Assembly (NCBI GenBank): GCA_050613775.1
Contig: JBODTK010000139.1
Coordinates: forward strand, 432,902 to 452,901
Length of the DNA stretch: 20,000 nucleotides
From: Neocallimastix sp. 'constans'
Taxonomy: Eukaryota
Direction of reading: 5' to 3'
In this document: one piece after another, positions 10,987 to 20,000 of the stretch
How the letters are laid out: every line of letters begins with the position of its first letter
How positions within the stretch are numbered: position 1 is the stretch's first letter
The notes under the pieces: generated by a model
The model's input: only the letters and a program-made list of their open reading frames with translations
What the model was told of the DNA's origin: nothing
The model's database searches: none
Position numbers and translations under genes: made by a program

Positions 10987-11522
10987 ATCTAAACCCGGCT
11001 ACCTATGCTTTTTCCTAAGGGGGGAAGGATGTATAAAACTTTCTACTCTTCCGAAGTTATAAGTTTTAATCAGCCATTTTCAGCAAATATCAAATCTTTT
11101 TAGTGATAATATTATAACGAAGATATAATTCAAATTATAATGTTTCAAACCAAACTTTATAACACAGTATAATAATTACTAAGTGTTATAATTTAACCGT
11201 GAAATAATTGTTTTATTTAGTTAATGAAATAAAATAATTAAAAGCCATAATAATATAATGTAATTCAAACAAGATTATGTTATATTAATGTTCTGCTCTC
11301 AAGAAGAAAATATTGTAACAAAGATACCCTAAAATTAGAAGAAATTTGTATAGAATTTTGAAGCGAAATAAAGTATAATCAATCTAAGGAATTAATGTAA
11401 TTAGAAAAATAATAATAAAAAGGAAATAGAAATCCGGAACAATTGAAGTTCAGTAGTATTATTTAAAATTTCCTTCTGTACGTAATTATTCTATTGAATA
11501 ACTCCAGGATGAAGTTATGTCT

Positions 11523-11536
11523 AAAGGACGGAGAAA
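11523..11536 (+). promoter_or_regulatory. Polypurine tract
   Basis: AAAGGACGGAGAAA (13 of 14 purines) directly abuts the TG of the 3' LTR. Confidence 0.8.
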
Positions 11537-12048
11537 TGATATAGAATGAAACTTTAAATAATAATAAATTAAAATAAATATATTAAAGTTATATAGATTA
11601 TAAGTATAAAATTATTAAATAGTTAAATAGTAAAAAATTTATATTAATAAAATTATAAAAATAACTTGTAAATGTAATTGTTTAGAAATGTTAAATACTT
11701 TAGTAAAAATTATTGTTTATAAAGATTACTTTAATTTAGATAACAAATATAAATAGGAATATAAAATATTTATTTAACAAAATGTTACTAATTGTCCAGT
11801 AAAATTAGATAATAATAAAAAGAATGTTTAAAGGTTACTAATTAGCCTGTAAAATTAGATAAGTTTAGTAGAGGTTTACTAATTACCTTAAGAATTAGTA
11901 TTATAAGTTTTTATAATAAATAATTAATAACATAAAGGTTATAAAATAAATTTATTTCTATTGAATGAATTTAATTATTTTCTTATAAATAATTTTATTT
12001 AGTATATTAGATAAAGATGGGAAACAAGATATATACCATACTTTATCA
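11537..12048 (+). repeat. 3' LTR (512 bp)
   Basis: Direct repeat of 10462-10974, followed by the TSD GTAG. Confidence 0.93.
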
Positions 12049-13044
12049 GTAGAATTAAAATAAAAATTAAAAAATAAAAAAAAAAAATAGTAATTAATGA
12101 AGTAATATGTAAAGTGTATGATATGGAATAAAAATAAAAACTCTAATTAATAATAAATTTATGTTAATTAAGAAATGTAGTAAAAGCATAAATTTATGCA
12201 TTAATCTAGTTTTTATTGTATTTATATTAAAAATTAATTTATATATGTTTATTATTTAATTTAATAATTAATGAAAAGTAAATAATTAATATTTATACTC
12301 TAATATAGGAAAACTTTATTATAGTAAATAATTATAAAAGAAAAAAATACTTATGAAATAGTTTTAGTCCAAGAATAATAAATAGTAGATTAGTGTAATT
12401 CTTGAGATCAAAATATGAAAATAAATATTAATTTTAGGAATAAATGTTAGTTTACATTTTAAATAATAATAAGTAAATGTCATTCTTCTAAATAAATAAA
12501 ATTTAAATAAAATAATTTTATAAAACATATAAATTATATCCCCACCTGAACTTCCTACTTTATCACATAAAGTATAATAAAATTTATGAAATATTAATAA
12601 TATAAAACAGAAATATATAATAAAATATAAATATAAATAAAATAGAAATAATAGGAATTTAATTACAATAAAATATTATAAATTGTCAAGTATATAATAA
12701 AATATGCAAAGTATTATTACTTAAATATATTATTAATATTTAATGTTTTATATGTGTTTTTAAATTTTAATCCTAATAGATGGTAAATCAAATTAAAATA
12801 ATCTTTAAATATAAATAATGGTTTAACAATATGAATATATAAAATATAATATATAATTATAATATATTAATTGTAAAATATATTAAAAATTAAAAAAAAA
12901 AAAAAAAAAAGGGAAATTTGTATATTAAAATGAAAAAAAAAAAAAAAAAAAAATAAAAAAAAAAGGAAATGAAATGAAATGAAATAGGAGAACAATGATG
13001 AAATCTGGAATCTCCATTTTTATTAATAATAAATATTTAATTTT

Positions 13045-13549
13045 ATTCATTATTTAATTGTTTATTATTTATTATTTATTATTTATTATTTATTATTTAT
13101 TATTATTTATTTAATTATTCATTATTTAATTGTTTATTATTTATTATTTATTATTTATTATTTATTATTTATTATTATTTATTTAATTATTTATTATTTA
13201 TTATTTATTATTTATTATTAATTATTTATTATTTATTATTTATTATTTATTATTAATTATTTATTATTTATTATTTATTATTTATTATTTATTATTAATT
13301 ATTTATTATTTATTATTTATTATTTATTATTTATTATTTATTATTTATTATTTATTATTTATTATTTATTATTTTTTATTTATTATTTATTATTTATTAT
13401 TTATTATTTATTATTTATTATTTATTATTTATTATTTATTATTTATTATTTATTATTTATTATTTATTATTTATTATTTATTATTTATTATTTATTATTT
13501 ATTATTTATTATTTATTATTTATTATTTATTATTTATTATTTATTATTT
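13045..13549. repeat. (TTATTTA)n heptamer array with interruptions
   Basis: Directly visible; the left part includes a ~72-bp higher-order duplication (13045-13116 / 13117-13188) starting ATTCATTATTTAATTG. Confidence 0.9.
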
Positions 13550-15303
13550 TAATTTTAAACTCTAAATAATAATAAAAATTCTGTACAATTGACTATATAA
13601 TACCAAGATTTTTTAATTTAACTTTTCTATATAAATATATTATTATTTAAAGTTTGAATGTAAAACTGATAATAACAATAGTAATAAACTTTAATAAAAG
13701 AGGATACAATGTAAATCATATTTTTGTATAGGATGAAGAAAATAAAAAAAAAAATTCATATTATTTAAATAATAATAAAGTTAAATTAGTTTTTTTTTTT
13801 TAGATTTTTCTTTTTTTCTTTTTACATATCTTTTTATAATTGTCATTTGAATTTCAATTAAATCCAGACTATAAATAATAAAGCATATTTTCATTAATTA
13901 TATTGTAATAATATATTAATATGATTATGAAAATCATCTTTCTCAGTAGAAATTAAATATTAATATGCTTTATATAATTTATTTTTTTTTTTATGATTAA
14001 TGATTAGCAATAGATTAAAAAAAATCTTGATTTAAGAATTTTATTATATAAAATGAAAATAAAATGTTGTATATTAATTTAATAATATATTTTTTTTTAT
14101 AATAAATTTACTCTTTTTTAAAAAATATATTAAATATGTATATTAGAATTAATATTGTAAATATATATATTAATAGTTTAAAAAATATAATTTAAAAAAA
14201 TTTTTTTTTTTTTGAAACTTATTTATACAAATTTTTATTTTTTTTATTTTAATATTTTTTATTAGTAAAAAATTTTCAAAAAAAAAAAAAAAAATAAAAT
14301 AAAATTAAAAAACTAACAATATAATGCAAAAAAAAAAATATGAAATTAAATTATATAATAAATAGTTTTTATTGTTAATAGCTATTATTAAAGGGAGAGG
14401 ATTGGATTTGATATTATTTCTGTAATATGAAAATGTATTTTTATTAATAATAAATATATGAAAGAAAAAAAATTTTTTTTATGTGGTAGGGAACTTCTAA
14501 AAATTCTAAATGGAAAAAGTCCTATATTTCATGTTTCACAAAAAGTAATACAAAGTCTAATTATTTAATAATTATTCTTTTTAATTTATTTTAAATATAT
14601 TAAGAATATATGATATGATTTCTAAATTTCTTTTAAACATATATTTTAATATATTTAAAAAATTTTTTCATTTAATATCAAACTTTATTACTATCAAAAA
14701 AATTTTTTTTTTAAAATAATTTCAATATAAACAAAAGAAAAAAAAAATTTATATAAATTTAATTAAATAAAAAAAATTAAAAATAATCTTTTTTTTTGTA
14801 CCAAAAATTTAAAATATTAAAAAATTAATATTTTGTACTCTTATACAAATATAAAAGTTTTTTCAAACATAATATTACTACAAGAGATCATTAAGATTAA
14901 TTGGTAATTTGAATAAAAAAAAAAAAAAAAATTTTTTTTAATATAATAATAAAAGGAGTAATTTAAATTATACATTTATAATATATTTTTAAATATAATA
15001 ATTATATATTTCATTATATAAGATAATTTATGTTGAATATAATAAAAAAAAATAATGATAATAAATTAAAAAATAAATAATATAACATTTTTTAACCCTT
15101 AAAATTTTTAAATTAAAAAATATATATATATATATATATAAGACTTCCACCTTAACAAATTTGGTTATGAAATAATAAAAACATTGAAAATATATTACAA
15201 TTTTTTTATTATTTATATAATTTTCATTAAGATTTGTTAATTTAACAGATATTAAATTAAAAAAAAAATAATAAAAATAAAAGTTAATAAAACAATAAAT
15301 AAA

Positions 15304-16922
15304 ATGCGTAGAAATAATGAAGTTATATTTAAAGCTTTAATAATAATATTGTTGTTTACAATATTATTTATTACATTAGTTTCAAATACAAATCGTAGTT
15401 GTGAATTAAATAAAAACAATCTTATAAATACATATGATAATGGTAAAAATATAAAAGGCGTTGAAGTGGAAGAAGAATCAAAAAGTATAAATAATAATGA
15501 AGATACCAATAACAAAAATATTATAGATAGTATTGATTTTAAAAATGTTGAAGTTCCTGAAAATAAATTACACTATGTTGGTAAAAAAATATTATATTTT
15601 TCAAGACATGAAGGAACAATTTCTAATTTCAGTACTATTGCTAAGTTATTAAGCTTTGATGTTACAGTATTATCACCATGGGTAAGTTTAAAAATAATAA
15701 ATATATATATATGTTTGTATAAATATAAATAAATTAAAAAAAAAAAAATAGTAAAAATATTTAAAGTTACTAAAGTTTTTTTTTATTTTATTATATGATA
15801 AAAATTATTTAGTATGACTTTGATGTAAGACCTAATTGTTATAAAGAAGATAAATGTAAATCATATGTTGAGATGATGTGTAATAGATATGATTTTATTG
15901 TCATCAGTGATATAATACCTGATTCATATATTTATCTTACAAATCCTTGTAAAGCTAAAATTATATTAGAAATAACCAATAGGTAAAGCTATTTGTTTTT
16001 TTTTTTTATTAAATATTAAAATGATAAAAATAAAAAAATTTTGATAAATTATTTTTTTACTTTTTTTTTTAAGAAAATAAATTTTATTATAGCACCAATC
16101 TTACTTATTATTTATAAAATAAATATTAAAATTTATAATTTTATTATTATATATAGATTCGATTTATTTGTAACTGATGAAAATAAAGATGATTATTTAA
16201 GTAAATTTGGAAAAGCAGTTAAGGAAAATAAAAATGTCGTTGTTGTTGAAAATAATCCATTTGAAGCATATTTCGCATGTAAAGAAGGAGTACATATTCC
16301 AAAATATTATTTAATTAGACCTATTGGTTATGCTCCACCTGCTGTTATGCATGAACAACATAACGAAGTTCATGATGAAATAGCTTTTATTAATCATTCT
16401 GACCATGATGAATCTATTACTCTTCCTAATTTAGAGAATGTTGGTGTTAAATTTACTAAATTACCTCATAGATATGGTGGTCCATTAGTTCTTGCTACTT
16501 ATAAAGCCCTTTTAATGTTACCTTATCAAGTTTCTATTATGAAAATGATGGAAAACTTCAGATATGGTGTTGCTATGATTCTTCCATCAGAAAGACTATT
16601 TAAAGAATTATTAAGAGATGATAGATATGGATTTGCTCATAAAGAATTAAATGATGTCGAAAATGGTGTTTCAAATTATGTTGAATTTTATAATAGTGAT
16701 TTTAAGCATTTATTTGTTTATTTCGACAAATGGGAAGATTTACCATCAATTATAGAGAATACAGATTTTGATGCCAAGAAAAGACAAGTTAAAGAATTTA
16801 TGGAAAAATATGAAAGAAAAGCATTATCATTATGGGCTGAAGTATTGGATCTTATTCCTTCTAAAAATATGATCACAAATGAAAAACCATTATGTGAAAA
16901 TGATAATTTCTATAACTATTAA
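15304..16922 (+). CDS. Type II membrane protein, putative GT-B-fold glycosyltransferase of uncharacterised family; 3 exons, 437 aa
   Basis: join(15304..15681,15813..15982,16157..16922) = 1314 nt, open through to TAA. Donors TGG|GTAAGT and AG|GTAAAG; acceptors TTTAG and TATAG. Short basic N-tail, one hydrophobic helix (ALIIILLFTILFITLV), Asn-rich stem, then KILYFSRHEGT, YDFIVISDIIPD, KIILEITNRFD, RYGGPLVLATYKALLMLPYQVSIMKMMENFRYGVAMILPS. The last motif resembles the GT-B C-terminal 'xxPxxxxxxxxxE-x3-G-x-P/A-VI' segment. Gene model is secure; the function is inferred. Confidence 0.8.
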
Positions 16923-18306
16923 TTTATAACTATGGATACCAAAATTTTAAAAAAAAATAACTACATATTTTAGCATTTTAAAAATTAAAAAAAAAAAAAA
17001 AATTAAATAAAAATTAAAAAGAAAAAAAAGAAAAAAAAAATAAAAAATAAATAATAAATAATATTGATTATTATTTATAAATCTAATATTTTTTTTTAAT
17101 ATAAATAGCAAGGAATTGAAAACAAAAAAAAAAAAAAAAATTAAGGAAAATTTTAAATAATATAGATTATTATTTATAATTCTAAATTTGATTTATATAT
17201 ATATATACTAAAGAAGACATATGGTAACCGATATGATAATAATTGAAATGAAATATTTACATATATATATTTAATATCAAAAATCAATTCCGAACGATTA
17301 ATAATAATAAGGATAAATACTCTTTCTGTTAAATAAACAAATAAACAAACAAAAAAGGAATGAAAAAAAAAAATTAAAACTACAAAATTAAAAAAAAAAA
17401 AATTATTGAAAAAAAAATTTCATATTTAAAAATAATTATAATTAAATATATAATTTTTATTAATTATATTTATAAATGCATATTTAATTATATATAAGTT
17501 TTTAATACTTAATATTTAAAAAGAAATAAAAATTTTCTAAACAAAAATAGTAATAATATTATTATTACTATTAAAAAAATTTAAAAATATATATATATTT
17601 AAGCATAAATTATCAGTTATTAAATAAATTAATATATATATTTAAATGATATTAATAAGACGTTAACATATTGATAATCAAATATTTTACAATTTAATGT
17701 AAAATATTAAAACGGTATATATATTAATAAAATAGTAGTTAAATTTAAATAAATATATAAATAATAAAAAAAAATAATAATAATAATAATAACAACCAAT
17801 AATTTCTTTGGTAGAAATGATTTCAATTCCCATAATCCAATATTTACTAAAGATTTTCATTATATTTTTAACTTTATTAATTAATATAATATAAAAATTT
17901 TATTTTTAATTAAATATATTTAATTTAAATTAATTTTTTATTTATATAAATTTTTTTATTTTATTTAAACTCTTTTTTTTTATTATTATTTTAATATTTA
18001 AAAATTAATGTATTTTTTTTTTTTTATAGATGATAATTTAATATTTAGTATTTTTAATAAATAAAACATTCTTTTCCAATTCATATTAAAAAAAAAAAAA
18101 AAAAAAAAAAAATCTAAAATTAAATTAAAATTGGTTTTTGTATTTAATAACTTTTTTTTTTTTTTTTTTTAAGAGATTGTGAAAGTCAAATTATTGTATA
18201 TTATATATATAAAAGCTTTTATATATTCTTTTTTTTTTTTTTTTTTTTTTTTCATATAGAAGAGCTTTGGCTCTACTTTATCTATAATTCAATACTGTAA
18301 ATAAGG

Positions 18307-18342
<36 letters not shown>

Positions 18343-18392
18343 TCTCCACTTTTCCAACATTATATTATTTCATTAGTTAGAGTAGCTCTCTC

Positions 18393-20000
18393 CAAGGTAA
18401 ATGTTATCAATTTATAAAAAATCTATATTTGACATCCAAAGCCAGTGTTAAAATTGATGATCAATATTCGGAATCTTTTAATATTATGAAAGGAGTTAGA
18501 CAAGGTTGTCCACTATCACCAATTCTTTTCAATCTTTTTATTAATGACATTTTTAATGATGTTTCAGAACTTGGAATTCCTTTAGGCGAATCTAGATGTT
18601 GTGGTGGACTCTTTGCAGATGATATTGTTCTATGCGCACCGTCAAGAACTAAGTTGAAAAAAATGCTTAAGAAGGTAAATGAATGGGCTAAATTTAATAT
18701 GATGAATTTTGGAATTAACAAGTGTGCTACGATGGTGATTCGACCAGACACACCTCTTTTTCAAAATAAAAGAGATCCTACTTTTTATCTTGCTGGTCAA
18801 CCAATTCCAATAACTAAATGTTATACCTATTTAGGTATACCATTTGATAAAAGCTTATCGTTGAAACCTATTATTAAATTACTTAACTCTAAAGTTACTA
18901 AAGCTCTCTTTTCTGTTAGTAAATTTCTTTCAAATTCCAAAATTCCTATTCCATTTAAGAAGATTATAATTAACTCTTATGTACTTAGTAAAGTCTCTTA
19001 CTTTGCACCTTTACTTGGTTCAAATAAAACGAGAACAAATAATACTCAGAAATCAATTAGTAAAGGATTAAGATGGATTGCAGGTATACAAAAAGCCAAA
19101 TCATTTATTAATGTATATTCTATTTCAAAAGATTTACATATTCCTCCATTGTCAGCTAAGTGTGCTTTGTCTCAGGTCAAATGTTTTGATAAATGGAAAA
19201 ATTCAAATTGTATTATTTCCTATTTAGTTAATAATATTCCAAAATCTAGAAAATATACATGGACAAAAGAAAGTAGAACTCTTAAACGTAAACTAGAGAA
19301 AAGAGGTAATAACGATAATAAAATCAAGGATTTTTATTGGAAAAGAGATATGAAAATCAATTCTATTAAAGCTGAGTTTTATGACAAAAACAAATTCGAA
19401 GAAACATCAAAATTTATAAAACTTTGTTATGACTATCCTGATCTTTCATATGGTTTCTATTGGCTATTGAGAGCACGAAGCGGATATAGATTAGATGCTA
19501 GAATTGCTAAGCTGCAAAAATAGTGGATCAAATGTGTCCTAATTTTTGTCCCTGTTGTAAAAGTAATAAACAATAGATAAGTCATTGGTTAATTGATTGT
19601 CCCTTTTTCAATCATATTCGTAGTAAAGTTAATGATAAAATTTTATTTTTATATAATGCTTTTTACCGTGGCAACCTAACAAATGATATTGTTAATAGTA
19701 ATAATGATAATAGTAATAGTAAAAATAGTAATAGTTATAATAGTAATAATAATATTAGGAATAGTATTTTTAGTAATGTTAGTAATAGTATTGAAAATAA
19801 TGTGTATATTGATTCTAGTGTGTGTGAAAAAGTGTTTAATTTCCTTCTTGGAGGTCGAAGTATTAATAACAGTACAAGGGGAATGGGAGGATCTATTTAA
19901 GTGCCAGATGAAATCAGGTGCTTATTCTGATACTCCGTTCTTAGTGGTTACTGCGGCACTTCTCCAATCGATTATACCTATTGCTATTGGCCAGCAATGG
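18393..20000 (+). mobile_element. Non-LTR retrotransposon (LINE) ORF2 fragment: 5'-truncated reverse transcriptase plus C-terminal CCHC region, disabled; continues beyond the window
   Basis: Frame opens at QGKCYQFIKNLYLTSKASV, then RT motifs GVRQGCPLSPILFNLFI, LFADDIV, GINKC and YTYLG. After a frameshift near 19510 it reads CPNFCPCCKSNKQ*ISHWLIDCP (C-x2-C-x8-H-x4-C, stop at 19574-19576). A second frameshift near 19880 precedes EWEDLFKCQMKSGAYSDTPFLVVTAALLQSIIPIAIGQQW. Clade not resolved. Confidence 0.92.
18429..19523 (+). pseudogene. Longest open segment of the LINE reverse transcriptase
   Basis: 364-aa ORF starting at TTG in the middle of the RT domain (no ATG, no endonuclease, no N-terminal RT motifs) and ending at a frameshift-derived stop. 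Confidence 0.85.

Larger units (their letters stand above)
10462..12048 (+). mobile_element. Non-autonomous LTR retrotransposon (large TRIM-like or internally deleted, probably Ty3/Gypsy-derived), 1587 bp
   Basis: Two direct repeats with TGATA...TATCA termini, 4-bp target-site duplication GTAG (10458-10461 and 12049-12052), PBS after the left LTR, PPT before the right LTR, 562-bp internal region with no ORF in the track. Confidence 0.93.

Noticed and set aside
11157..11191. Hairpin TTATAACAC...GTGTTATAA inside the LTR element
   Set aside because: A 9-bp AT-rich stem could arise by chance; needs conservation data.
15252..15515. 87-aa minus-strand ORF
   Set aside because: Antisense shadow of exon 1 of the putative glycosyltransferase.
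16041..16156. N-terminal part of the 293-aa ORF as a separate gene start
   Set aside because: Intron 2 sequence; the ORF is exon 3 of the gene starting at 15304.
18461..18751. 96-aa minus-strand ORF
   Set aside because: Antisense shadow of the RT coding region.
18429..19523. RT as a retron, DGR, group II intron or partner of the LTR element
   Set aside because: QGCPLSP/FADD motifs with a downstream CCHC and 5' truncation fit a non-LTR element; no ncRNA, template repeat, RNase H or integrase is visible, and LINE RTs are not the known mobilisers of PBS/PPT-type elements.

Overview
Extremely AT-rich, intron-containing eukaryotic DNA with long homopolymers and microsatellites. Composition and gene content (LRR-CBM18 protein, ankyrin array, short AT-rich introns) suggest an anaerobic gut fungus (Neocallimastigomycota); this is inference only. 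Contents, left to right: (1) a 12-exon minus-strand gene (5114..1898), mostly missed by the ORF track, for a secreted protein with signal peptide, ~10 one-exon-per-repeat LRRs separated by phase-2 introns, a Thr-rich linker and two identical CBM18 chitin-binding modules; one exon is frame-broken and one has a GC donor. (2) A decayed minus-strand ankyrin-repeat pseudogene (~8780..10075). (3) A complete, very young, non-coding 1587-bp LTR retroelement (10462..12048) with TG...CA LTRs identical apart from one base, a 4-bp TSD, a tRNA-Ala-like PBS and a PPT. (4) A ~490-bp (TTATTTA)n array. (5) A 3-exon plus-strand gene (15304..16922, ~437 aa) for a type II membrane protein that looks like an unclassified GT-B glycosyltransferase. 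(6) A 5'-truncated, disabled non-LTR (LINE) ORF2 running off the right edge. All calls come from manual reading and translation; no database search was run.
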